A stretch of 53,847 nucleotides of DNA, counting the filler, from Asterionella formosa (lineage: Eukaryota): assembly GCA_002256025.1 (NCBI GenBank). It is 4 parts of 4 records of this genome, joined end to end, with 100 filler letters (N's around TTAATTAATTAA, not from the genome) between each part and the next. Parts side by side here need not be neighbours in the genome. Positions count along the whole stretch, not along the records: positions 26,981 to 40,360 come from NKIB01006733.1; positions 40,461 to 53,847 come from NKIB01006738.1; 2 more parts are not named here. One strand, written 5' to 3'. Below the pieces are notes generated by a model, which did no database searches, was not told the DNA's origin, and was given only the letters and a program-made list of their open reading frames with translations. This document shows positions 37,700-48,727 of this stretch, piece by piece. A program made the position numbers and the translations under genes. Numbering within the stretch: the stretch's first letter is position 1; each line of letters begins with the position of its first letter.

Positions 37700-38065
37700 G
37701 GCAGAAATTCATAGTGAATTTGCCTTGACCACCAAGACTCATTATACTACTGCTAGACCCCAAACTTTTCCTTATTCTAAGGCTGAATAGAAGTTTCCTC
37801 ATTCTAAGGTTGAGTAGAAGAGGCAGTCCTAGGCAAAGCGGCAGAGATCGCTATTGTTGCTTGTTAAAGAACACAACAATTGTGGAGGTTGTGAAGTCGT
37901 TCTTGGCCCTAAAGAGGGCCTTTTAGACCGGCTTGTTGTCTGCCTCACCACAAGGAACCCAAGGGACTACCAGTACCTACATAAACAAAGGAGGTGGAGA
38001 ATGTGGGAATCAAACCCGCCACCTCAGCAGGTGAGCTAACTAACTACTACCAGTAAGCTATTCCC
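37700..38065 (-). mobile_element. tRNA-derived SINE-like element, copy C (longest)
   Basis: Reverse strand reads GGGAATAGCTTACTGG (A box)...GAGGTGGCGGGTTTGATTCCCACATTCTCCACC (B box and tRNA-like 3' end). The body is shared with 1070-1185 and 4313-4630. Internal 27-bp duplication at about 37766-37820. Confidence 0.55.
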
Positions 38066-38804
38066 TACAAATAGTATATACATGCTGGTATACAGTTGAA
38101 ACACAGAAGAATTCTTGATTCCTGATTCTCAGTTAGGTCTCCACTTTTGTATGAAGACAACATTTCCCTACTAGTTGTTGTGTTTGATGGAACAACACAC
38201 AATTAGGTACCGAGATTAATAACCTTCAGATATTTGATAAAGAACAATGTTGAAGGGCAAATTCTATCAAGTACTAATTAAGTTTGGTAAACACTTAACT
38301 ACTATGAATGATTGGAGAGACAAATCAGTTCTGTCCAAAGGATTGAGGAACAATCCAATCATTGTAGTGGTGGAGATACCTGAAAAAAGTTTCTCAGTAA
38401 AAGAACATCTACTATGTCCTAGAATCTATCTAGGCTAGATGGATATATATGTTACAAGGATGTTATCTACTTTGCTTCAGCTGTAGGAACTATGATGAAC
38501 CTCATCTCCAAGGAACAAAGAACAATTCCTTTCAGAAACATGTAGGAGTTGGCTGCCATGTTTCAATTGAAGCTACATTTCAAAATTACATTTAGTTTAA
38601 GCTCACTCTTTTAGAAAACACACAAGTGACACTACTAAGATTGTCAACAGAATATTATATCATTTTTTCCGTATTCATGCTACTCACTGGCTGAGATATT
38701 ATTTCTTAACTCTTACGACTCACCCCAACGTTGAATACTGGTATGTTTAGCGATATTTAGCTTGATCATTTCCTAAGAAGTAAAAACCTTGTTTTACCGG
38801 ATCT

Positions 38805-40340
38805 TCCAGGAAGGTCCGGTTGTGCACGTTTTATGCGCACTTTTTCAGTCTCAATGCACTCACGACGATGCCTGCCGGACGAGATTGATTGGCTTTTCAT
38901 TTCAAACTCTCTTAGTAAGTAACTTTCTTCAATGTAAGATTACAATTAATTAAATCCAAGTCATGTTCTGATCATCGAAATCGTGTTCACTACTCCTACT
39001 GGTAATGCTATTCAGCAACTGGATGATGGTTTGCTAATGGAATTTACCAATCAGTAACTTCTAAAATTTCAAGTCAGCTAGCAGATTCTAGTCATAGTTA
39101 GCTAATTCTAGTCGTTGTCAGCAAATTCTTGTCACTGTCAGCAAATTCCAATCATTGTCAGCAAGTTCTAGTCGCTGTCATCAGATATCTAGTCGTATCA
39201 GCAATCATAAACAAAAGAGTCATTTTGAAAATGTCAATGGAATATTAATAGATGAGATTACTTGGAATCAAACAAAATTTCGTTCTACTACCTACAGATT
39301 ACTGTAGTGAAGCGTACTGCATCCTGTGAAAGTCTCAAGTCCATTTGTAACTTCGTCGTTTTGAAGTGTGCATCATCTAAACTGCGTGAATCAATGCGCC
39401 ATTGGCGACTTCAATTTTTGTTGTCAATTTTAGTGTTATTACAATTATTTTTTACAATTGTATTATCTATGTTGTGTTAGATATATTTACCAGATAGCAT
39501 AGCGTCGTTTTCATTTTCAATGGAGAAATTCGTTATTTTCGACATGGTCAAGGCGGAGACAGCATGATGCAGGATTCTCCAGCTGTGCACAAGCAAGAGC
39601 TGCACTCTAGCGTTTATATACAGAAAGAAATCGCAACATCTAGGCTAAATAATTATTTACTAGCTTCCATAAGGGCTACCTTGGGTACCAGGTACCCTGA
39701 AAATATGTACCAGTATCCTATGTAGTAGCCATAGTAGCATATATGTGATATGTGATATATGTATTATAGTAATGCAAATAGCCTAGTATAGTGGTTTCCT
39801 GGTAGGTTGTGCATTGCATCTGGTGTGATGATGACTGTGACCATGTATATAGATATGACGTTACATTTGCTTATATCTAGTACTATTGGCAAGGCAATCA
39901 GGGGCAGTGGTTGTGTTTGTTCATGTATATACTTCATAGGCAAAAGGGTCATTCAGAAAATCTATTCTTATTTGCAAGTTTCAGTCGTTGTCAGCAAGTT
40001 CTGGTCATTGTCAGCAAATTCTAGTCGTTGTCATCAATCCTACTAGTCATTGTCAGCAAATTCTAGTCACTGTCAGCAGGTTCTAAATGTAGAAAGGAGG
40101 GATTCCTATTTGGATTCTGAAGCTAGAAGAGTGGTTTGCTGAACCTGGCATCAGTCAGCAAATCCGAGTCATGTTCAGAGATTGACTCTGCAAATCGTTA
40201 TTGGTCAAGAAGAGTTAATGTTTTCCTAAATTACTCAAGGAATATTGTTTTCATCAAAAGGTGGCCTATCTCATCCGGCAGACATGAGATGATCCCCTCT
40301 TGGGAGTGTGTCGAAACTGAAAAGGTGCGCATAGAATGTG
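38805..40340. mobile_element. Non-autonomous TIR element (about 1.5 kb) with internal 20-bp tandem arrays
   Basis: Left end TCCAGGAAGGTCCGGTTGTGCACGTTTTATGCGCAC. Right end read on the minus strand CCCTGGAAGGTCCAGGTGAGCACATTCTATGCGCACC. GTCAGCAAATTCTAGTC(A/G)TT tandems at 39060-39205 and 39980-40085. No ORF. Confidence 0.72.
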
Positions 40341-41537
40341 CTCACCTGGACCTTCCAGGGNNNNNNNNNNNNNNNNNNNNNNNNNNNNNNNNNNNNNNNN
40401 NNNNTTAATTAATTAANNNNNNNNNNNNNNNNNNNNNNNNNNNNNNNNNNNNNNNNNNNNGGAAAACAGCGGAAACGATTGGAGTCGTCATGGTGGAAGA
40501 AGGCCTGAGAGGCCTGAGTGACAGGGACAGCAAACGGGCAAGCGGTGCTGGACACTTGATTGTTGAGACCAGTGCTGGTTTGCACTGTCGACAAGAGCCG
40601 CAACTTCGCAGGTGCGGACAAGAGAGAAAGAACAGATATTGTAGTTCTGTTGAGGGGAACCTTATCGTGAATAAAGGTGAACTACAATATTATGACTATT
40701 CTATTGCTGTTCCAAGTACATCGTTGTTAGCACTCACGCATGTACCTAATCTGGTGGCTGCGCCGGTATGGTTCGTACAGCGCATGTAGCTATGGAGCAT
40801 CATATGCAGATATTAACAACCACATCACTTATATGATTATTCAACCAGAATCATGACATGCACGAAATATTTCTGCATCATGAGGCAGCAGATGAAATGA
40901 TTCTGTGAACACTTCCGGCAAGCCGACAACATCAAGGCCAGAACTGCCTGAGCCTTTAGCATTTAGCTTGATAATCGCTCCACAACAAGCATGCAAGTTG
41001 CAGCTTCGACTTTTGAAATAGATCTCAGGACAAGGATATTGCCATCGCAAATGTCATTGGCATCGCTCATGTTGTTGTTGATTGTTGTTTCATGATGGTG
41101 ACCGGTAAGAATACAATTATAGTAAATGCATTAATAAATAGCTAGAATACAATAATATGCTGTTATTTTTTCTGTAGACATAAAATATTTGGGGGTGTTG
41201 TGCCAGATGTACGAAGGGGGGCACAGGTATCTGGGGGGATACGACACCAGGTTTTACGGTACGGTACCTGGTACAGAAACCCTGGTACGGTTCGATTACG
41301 GAATGCGCGGCCGTGAAAGTGGCGATGATGGGAAGGAAGAAAACGACGGGTATGCTCGTTTTGACGATTGGAACCGTTAAATAGCTGGCAGTTAGGTTGA
41401 TGTAAATGTAGCAACAGTAGAAAATATACATGTGTATTCGGCTTCCCGCAAATATTTGATTGACCGGTCGATGTAAAACAGCATCATTTGGCGATATGTA
41501 TGTGCATGTATGGAATGTACCGGTATACATGTATATT

Positions 41538-41820
41538 AAATTGGTTTCGAATAATTTATTAAATTGCTGATTTTTTTTTTAGATTGATTGGAGAGAATAT
41601 GATCACGTCTATGTAACTCATAAAAAGCAATTTTCGAGTATGCCGACCCTCTCGTTGAATGATCATATGTTGGCAACGTATCATATGCGAACAGAAAGGA
41701 CACTAGTAGTGCCGGCGATATGACGCAATTGTTTTCGCCCAGGGGGAGTGCATGCTCTGCATCGTGAGTTTCGGTTTTTGTAAAGTTACTACATACAGGT
41801 ATACTGGTATTACTCCTACC
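41538..41820 (+). repeat. Dispersed repeat, copy 2 (homologue of 400-660)
   Basis: Colinear shared blocks with 400-660. Lies about 230 bp upstream of the CDS at 42050. Confidence 0.75.
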
Positions 41821-42049
41821 AGCCAGGATTCGACACTCAGCAATCCTCCCTAATTACCGCTAGCTCTATCCGATGCGACTGCAGTGCGTTTGGTATTGTT
41901 GTCTAGAGTACCACTAACTATCGGAGTACAACATAATAGTAGCGACGAATTACAATCCTTTAACTACCAATAGGTCCTACCTTTTGCTGTAGCAATCCAA
42001 CAATCCAACAAACAAACAGCAAACAGCAAGAGCAACAGACACACGTGAC

Positions 42050-44122
42050 ATGGTCGCCAAGATGCCCAGCAAGGATGGGTTGCCTCGTTGTGTCGATGCC
42101 CTGTTAGATCTATTGGCTGCAGCCTCGTTAGACACTGTCGACAATACCACGTTGCAACGGGAACTCGCTCGCTATACAATGGAGATGTCTCGGTCAAATC
42201 CAGAACTCCCTGACACAACGCAAGCCTGGGACAAGCACATTGATAAGATGGTGCGCCAATTGCGAGAGGCAGTGAAGGAGACACCAGAGCGAGAATCGCC
42301 ATTGCTGTCCTTTGAGGATGTAGCAACAATAGGTCCCTCCACTTTCCGAGGACGAACAGCGGCAGCTGCGAATCACAACAGCTACAACTATGCCACTACT
42401 AATTACAATAGAGGAGGTGGATACGGGGACGGGCACAAGCCTGAAGGTTTCATTCCAGACGTTTCTAATGGAGACCGCCACCAATATCTAGAACGAGAGT
42501 TTTCCTCCACAAGCTACCCCAAGATTGGACCTGGATATACAGATTCGATTTCCGTCGTGTCAGAACTTACCATTCCCACCGTTGTTCCAGGGATGCATGT
42601 CCCAGAGGAAGAAGACTATTCACGTCCATCTCCTGGGATTGGCATGACTTTGGAATTCAGTACCAAGCCATCGAGGTCATCATCTAAAGATAATGCACGT
42701 CCACCGTCATTTGCAATGGAGCAAAACAAACCCAAATCAAGAAATAAGACTGCACAGTACTCCAATGCACAAACGACATCGAGACGTGCTGTCTCGGAAT
42801 TACGGCCACCATCACAACGTGTCATGAATCAACCAACACCATCACCGCCGTCATCTCCACAACCTATTGATGCAGCACAGCGGCGACGACAACTACATCA
42901 AGCTACCATGGCACAATTAGGAGAACGATCAGGACCAAACGCATCTCCTGGAACTGCCACGACTTTTGCTACGACTCGTTCCTTTGCGTCTGCCACAACT
43001 GCTCCAGCCAAGAAAGAAATGACTGTCAATGACTTTCCATCCTTGAATGCAAGTCCAAATTGTTTTTCAACCGACGACGATAGTGCCGGTACAAATCGAA
43101 GAAGATCGATGTTGTTACGTAAACCAGACAATTATGCAAGAGCTGTCCCAACTCCGTCATCACGGATGCTCTTGTCCAATCAGAATTTATCCAAAAGTAA
43201 AAAAGCAACAAAGTATGGAGGAATTAGGAGTGATAGGCGTAGATCGTTGGCGGAAAATGGAGACACGTTGGCTGCTGATGCTGCTGCTGCAGCAACTTCT
43301 AACGTCCAAGTGACGGAAAGTGGGGAAAAGAATATTGATTTGGATGGTGTCCTATCGACCATGGGACAAGATATTGATTTCATTTTTAGAGAACTCACAG
43401 CCCTAGAAGAAGGTGGAGTGGTTCCTGTCAAGAAGCAACCTAATGCGGGATTTTCTGATAGCAACATCGGAGCAACAGCGAAAATTAAAAACACATTAGG
43501 AAGTGTGGAAAAATACCTACGCAAGGATGGAACCATTGGGACAACTACGGGGAATAAAAGTTCTGCCGAGTTTCAAAATATGGATGGATGGCCATCAACG
43601 CTAGATGCAAAAAAGGACAAGAAGGACAAGTGTGACCCACTGTTGATCGACGAGGATGGCTTCATTATTAGTGCAGACCCGAATGACAATGCCTTTGAAG
43701 ATCCATTTGCTTTGCAACCTATGGAGCACCCCAAGAATGATTTCGGCTTTGAAACCTCCTTTTTCCAGTCGTCGTCCCGTGACACCAAGCCAAAGAACTC
43801 AGCTCGTGGGAAAGCCAGTCGTCGAGGGAGCACTGAAGTCGGTGTGTCTGTTACGAAGAAGAGGGGTAGTAGCAAGGGTGGCAAGTCTTCGTCCAAGGGT
43901 CCGGACAAGGAGTCTCGAATCGATGCTGTTGAGTTGGCCACGAAGAAGAAAATTGACATGCTACGGCAATTAGTTGCGGAACGTGCTGGTAAAGAAACTC
44001 GAGGTGGTTCCAAGCAAGTATTAGACAACAAACTGGACTTTGTTGAGACAGAGACTATGAAACAGATTGCTAGACTTAGAGACAAAATGGGAGAAAGCAA
44101 ACGTCATCTGGAGCAACGGTGA
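42050..44122 (+). CDS. Hypothetical protein, largely disordered Ser/Thr/Lys-rich, with helical termini
   Basis: 690-aa uninterrupted ORF with coding-like composition; no family recognised. Confidence 0.82.
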   Translation: MVAKMPSKDGLPRCVDALLDLLAAASLDTVDNTTLQRELARYTMEMSRSNPELPDTTQAWDKHIDKMVRQLREAVKETPERESPLLSFEDVATIGPSTFRGRTAAAANHNSYNYATTNYNRGGGYGDGHKPEGFIPDVSNGDRHQYLEREFSSTSYPKIGPGYTDSISVVSELTIPTVVPGMHVPEEEDYSRPSPGIGMTLEFSTKPSRSSSKDNARPPSFAMEQNKPKSRNKTAQYSNAQTTSRRAVSELRPPSQRVMNQPTPSPPSSPQPIDAAQRRRQLHQATMAQLGERSGPNASPGTATTFATTRSFASATTAPAKKEMTVNDFPSLNASPNCFSTDDDSAGTNRRRSMLLRKPDNYARAVPTPSSRMLLSNQNLSKSKKATKYGGIRSDRRRSLAENGDTLAADAAAAATSNVQVTESGEKNIDLDGVLSTMGQDIDFIFRELTALEEGGVVPVKKQPNAGFSDSNIGATAKIKNTLGSVEKYLRKDGTIGTTTGNKSSAEFQNMDGWPSTLDAKKDKKDKCDPLLIDEDGFIISADPNDNAFEDPFALQPMEHPKNDFGFETSFFQSSSRDTKPKNSARGKASRRGSTEVGVSVTKKRGSSKGGKSSSKGPDKESRIDAVELATKKKIDMLRQLVAERAGKETRGGSKQVLDNKLDFVETETMKQIARLRDKMGESKRHLEQR

Positions 44123-44666
44123 AAACTAGGGCCGATTTTTGGCGGAGTGATTGTGTTGCACGCTTAATTTATTACTATACACTAGTAGTATTACTCCATT
44201 TGATACTTTGTACACTATTACCTAGAAACCGGTAACCACCACCGTTAGACTCGTTGTACCATTTCTATTATCTATTGATCCTAGTATTCTAACGAACAAA
44301 GTCCGAGGTGCACAGGTGTATTTTATCTCCCTGCTAATTCCGCGTGACATTCCTATACTGCTGATATTGCTCCACACTTCACGCGGGAAGTATTTATTCT
44401 ACATGATGGTGCGTTCTCCGAGTATTACTTACAATCGTGGAAGGTTCTCGACGTATATACTTACGTCAAAATTAATGGCATCCACATTATCTTGAAAACT
44501 GACAATGTATTTCTCCTCTCAAGAAAACAAGAAAAAGCAGTCCTATATCGTACCCTGGGGGGGGGGAGTGATTTTTGAGGTCGAGCCTTTTGGAACCTCA
44601 TACATTCTGGGTTGCTTTTCCCCTGGTTCGTGCAGTTGATGGTAGTATCTCATCTAACGACCAACG

Positions 44667-45722
44667 ATGTTCAACAGGAAACGACGCGGGTATACGCGTC
44701 ATAATGAATGCAACTCTCAGGAAGAACAAGAAGACGATTCAAAGACGTTGCTACCTCATTTCCATCATGCTCGACGATCGCTTTGGTCCTTTCGCCTATC
44801 GCGCCCCTGTTTTGCAATGGAACCAATAGTACCAGAGGACTCACGCAATGACGATTTAGTGCAACATAAGAAGAAAAGCATAGGAAGACTGGACCTCGTT
44901 CGATGTTGGAGAAAACCTGAGCGAGAAATGGAACCTCTCCAACCACTTGATGATGAGCCATCGATGGATTCTTCATTATCCTCTGTGCAGGATCCTTGGT
45001 GGAAGACTCATCCGGTGTATGACTATCCATCTGTGCGGCCTGATTTAACATTGAGCTTGCTGGGGGAGCGTTCCAGCGAGGATGGTGATATGTGCGAGAG
45101 CCTGTATGAGATGTCTCCGCCTCGTTTTCCTATTCAACATCGGAAACGAATTCCTCCCGACGATTTTCCATCCGATGTGCCGTTGAGTAGCCATGAAAAC
45201 ATGATGGAGTATCTCACTGCGAGTCCAACCATGGATGATGAAGATGGTTTGATACCTCCATCGCCACTGGAGACTGAGAACGGCGTGGAGGAACAAGTTA
45301 GCATTGATGAGCAAGACGATTTCCGGGAGGACGAGGACGATGAATCTGAAAATTTAGATACTAGAGACTTTTATGGCACAGAGTCCGAGGGTTCCTTTGA
45401 CACTACATTTATTGACCTGAACGAGGAAGATGAGGAAGGCAATCCCTTTTTTATTTCCAAAGTCCCTTTAACTCGCTTTTGTCCATTGAAAGGCTCGGAT
45501 GCCAGTTCTGCCTTTTCGTTGGAATCGATGGACTCGCTGGTCGCGTCTCACTGGGACCCTGATGACGGGCTTTCGAGCGTAGCGACACTTGTGATGACGA
45601 ATACAGTCGTCTCCAAGCAGAATGTCGTTCCAGATGCGAAATTTTACATGTCAGAACATCTTGGTTATCTCAAGGCCAAGGTTGGGGATCATTGCATTGA
45701 ACCCGCTGATGTTTTATCGTGA
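44667..45722 (+). CDS. Hypothetical acidic, low-complexity protein
   Basis: 351-aa ORF rich in Asp/Glu/Ser; no family recognised. Confidence 0.72.
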   Translation: MFNRKRRGYTRHNECNSQEEQEDDSKTLLPHFHHARRSLWSFRLSRPCFAMEPIVPEDSRNDDLVQHKKKSIGRLDLVRCWRKPEREMEPLQPLDDEPSMDSSLSSVQDPWWKTHPVYDYPSVRPDLTLSLLGERSSEDGDMCESLYEMSPPRFPIQHRKRIPPDDFPSDVPLSSHENMMEYLTASPTMDDEDGLIPPSPLETENGVEEQVSIDEQDDFREDEDDESENLDTRDFYGTESEGSFDTTFIDLNEEDEEGNPFFISKVPLTRFCPLKGSDASSAFSLESMDSLVASHWDPDDGLSSVATLVMTNTVVSKQNVVPDAKFYMSEHLGYLKAKVGDHCIEPADVLS

Positions 45723-46272
45723 ACGAACAAGTGCGTTTTGATATATTCATATACATTTTTTTATACATAGTAGATATATAACAGTATCCTAGCGGTTGCG
45801 GAAGACTACATAGAAGGCCTGATACCAGGTACTACCGGTATATCAACACCGCCTGTACTACGGTACACGGGACCAGGTACTGGTATGCACATAAACAGTA
45901 TTGTTACCAATTTTACATACATAAAATCAATGCGCCGGTAGGTACCAGGTCCCATATGGTTAGTTACAGGTGGTATGATACCGACTACCCTGGTATCATT
46001 TTGCAGCCCTTCAGCAATTTTATAATAACCAATTCTTCCTCTGCCATTCATTCAAGTTGTGCTACTGGTAATAAAATAAAAAACCCAAGAAAAGTGAACA
46101 TTGGAATATTTGGTGCATGTCATAAAGTACGGTGAGGTCGCTCCTCTCTGCCTAGTCCCATCGATCGTATCAAGCGCCGGACCGGAATACATGTAGATAT
46201 ACATGTTCTTATCCTGCAAGCGTCAATGCCACGAACAGATTACAATCACAGCCAAAAATATCTGGAAGCACC

Positions 46273-46884
46273 ATGGCCAAGAAAGGAAAACAGCCGCCAC
46301 GTAATAATGGCGAGCCAAAGAAAAAAGTTACCAAGGAAGAGCGCCGTGCCAAGTATACTCAGATTGCTCGAGACCGTCGAGAAAAAAAAGTCAAGCAGGA
46401 ACGGAATCGCAATATCACGTGCTACACATGCCGGCAACCAGGACATACGGCAAACGAATGTAAGGATGGGAGTAAGGAATGTTGCTGTTACAAATGTGGA
46501 GAATTGACTCATTCGCTCAAGGAATGTACAAAGTACAATGCCAAAATTCCACTTCATGAACAAGAGTTACCATACGCCACATGTTTTGTCTGTAAAGCTA
46601 CTGGACATTTGGCATCGCAGTGCGACAAGAATGATAAAGGGATTTACGTGAACGGAGGAAGCTGTCACAAGTGCGGTTCGAACATGCATCGATCGACTGC
46701 TTGTCCGACAGCGAGAAAGGAAAAGGCCAAGGTCGAGGAAGTTGTCGAGGAAAACTATGATGACTTGCTGGATGCTGTCGAAAAAGTTGGCACCATTAAG
46801 CCAATCGGTAAAAATGACTTGGAAGCAAAGGTGGAGGGTGACACTGAAAAGCCAAAGTTGAAGCGCAAGATTGTACAGTTTTGA
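46273..46884 (+). CDS. CCHC zinc-knuckle protein (ZCCHC9-like)
   Basis: Four CX2CX4HX4C knuckles (CYTCRQPGHTANEC, CYKCGELTHSLKEC, CFVCKATGHLASQC, CHKCGSNMHRSTAC), with LPYATCF and KGIYVNGGSC linkers and a KIVQF end. Confidence 0.92.
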   Translation: MAKKGKQPPRNNGEPKKKVTKEERRAKYTQIARDRREKKVKQERNRNITCYTCRQPGHTANECKDGSKECCCYKCGELTHSLKECTKYNAKIPLHEQELPYATCFVCKATGHLASQCDKNDKGIYVNGGSCHKCGSNMHRSTACPTARKEKAKVEEVVEENYDDLLDAVEKVGTIKPIGKNDLEAKVEGDTEKPKLKRKIVQF

Positions 46885-47889
46885 AGCTCGAAACGACTAC
46901 GTTACTACAGAACCAGTCGCGACTTTTCGTCCCTTTGAAAATAGAACTAAAAGTCTCCTAACACATTTGTGGAATCGAACACAAAGCCATTTGTGATAGC
47001 GAAAAGTATTGTACCTTCAAAGATGGGAGGGGGGAAGGGGTTATTGCGACTTTTGTATTGTGTGGTTACAGTGTCCCACCAGACTTGGGCAATTTTTAAG
47101 GGTACTATAATTGTGAGGACCTGACTATCTGGTTTGTTACCAGGTACTAACGGTCTATAATAATCTTATGCATATGACCTTCCTGCTTCTTCGTTCATAT
47201 TTTTTAATTGACCCCAACAAGCCATGAATGCGCCCGTATACAGGAGTTCTTACGATGTTTCAGCCATATTACAGTATGTTGTTGCATGAATTCCGGTTAC
47301 CGGTATGTGTAAATACATACGGACCGGTACCTGGTACCTACTAGGCAATGTGCCGCACAAAATTGCGAGATATAATGGAAAATAATACCGGTATATTACC
47401 GGATAAAATATTTGGATCACCAAGGTAAAATGTACATAGACCTATGTACTAACGTAAAACTATTGTAAGCAGCCTCAAGCACATACAACGGTTTCTTGAA
47501 CATACTATGATATTTGTCGTTCCAATGAAATCAATTTCTTTGAAATTTATTTTTCATTCGAATATATTCGTACATGAATGAACATATATAAAATTTCTGT
47601 ATGCCTGTTTCAGTTAACTCATTTTGGTGACGATGTGAAGACACGATTTGGAAACTGTGATTATGGTTCAGAATGGTATGATCAAAACAAGGTATTCTTA
47701 TATATCATACAACCTTGAGTAATGATATTTTGAGGGAAAAGTCTCAGGGTCTCACGCCTGCCCTTCCCGATATAGATCAAAATTCTTATATATTTTGCTT
47801 GTCTGGCTCTCGCCGTATCGCTTTTTTTCCCGTCTCACTCACATTTTTACCACAACTCTTGTTATTGTTATTCTTTACCGTTAATAATC

Positions 47890-48342
47890 ATGGGCGCTGT
47901 AGCTCGACCGCTTGCTCAACGACCAGCAGGGGCAGCCTCACCTTGTCGACGCTTCGTTGTGATTTCCCATCAAGAGGACCCAATGATGGCATTTGCTGCC
48001 GCTGAACGGCACAAGAATACTCCCGTGATCCAGTCGTTCGCCACGTTTATCGATACATTGGCTGATTTGTGTCTTTGTCATCACCCGATGGGCATAAAGA
48101 GGGATAAACGTGTCGTCTATCCTATTGAAGCTTTTGATTATCCACTCAACCATGCGAAACTAGTGGAACAACGTCGGCGAGCACTGAAACACAAACTGTT
48201 TCGGCCAGTGTCAGTCGATGAAGGTTCAGTGCCAGACAAATATATTGTTCCCAAGCGCCAAAAGGCAAATATAGCTCGTTTGAGTTACACGCAGGGAGTA
48301 CGAAGTGGACTGAAAAATTTCGGCCCATCTTCATCATATTGA
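47890..48342 (+). CDS. Hypothetical protein
   Basis: 150-aa GC-richer ORF following an AT/pyrimidine-rich leader; no family recognised. Confidence 0.55.
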   Translation: MGAVARPLAQRPAGAASPCRRFVVISHQEDPMMAFAAAERHKNTPVIQSFATFIDTLADLCLCHHPMGIKRDKRVVYPIEAFDYPLNHAKLVEQRRRALKHKLFRPVSVDEGSVPDKYIVPKRQKANIARLSYTQGVRSGLKNFGPSSSY

Positions 48343-48727
48343 CCTAATTCAAGGTGATGAACCAGCCTTACGAACGGATTGAAATGCTGTCGACCTTATT
48401 CGGGAATTTAAATTTTGAAAATTCTTTTTCCACCATTCAGCACATCCTTGTAACTGGTAACGTTCGAACCAATAAGCATTGAAGGATTGTGTGGGAACAG
48501 CTAGTGAATGCTTTCTAGTTGAGGCAAGCAAACTGAGCCATGACAAAGTATACGCTCACCACTTTCATCACCAATAGTGGGCCCCAAGCGATAGTAACAT
48601 TTACGTAACCTATTGTCAGTTGATGTGTTCATCACGATAGTGCTACAACTGAAAATATGTACTGAAAGCTAGTAAGTGCGACACTATTAGGCAAAGATAT
48701 TTACAACAAAATTTTCTTCTCCTCTCG

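Noticed and set aside
37993..38065. Functional tRNA gene
   Set aside because: The anticodon arm cannot be folded, the B box is mutated (GTTTGA), and flanking homology to other loci points to a repeat.
39060..39205. 20-bp repeats as a CRISPR or telomeric array
   Set aside because: They are degenerate, spacerless tandems internal to a dispersed TIR element.
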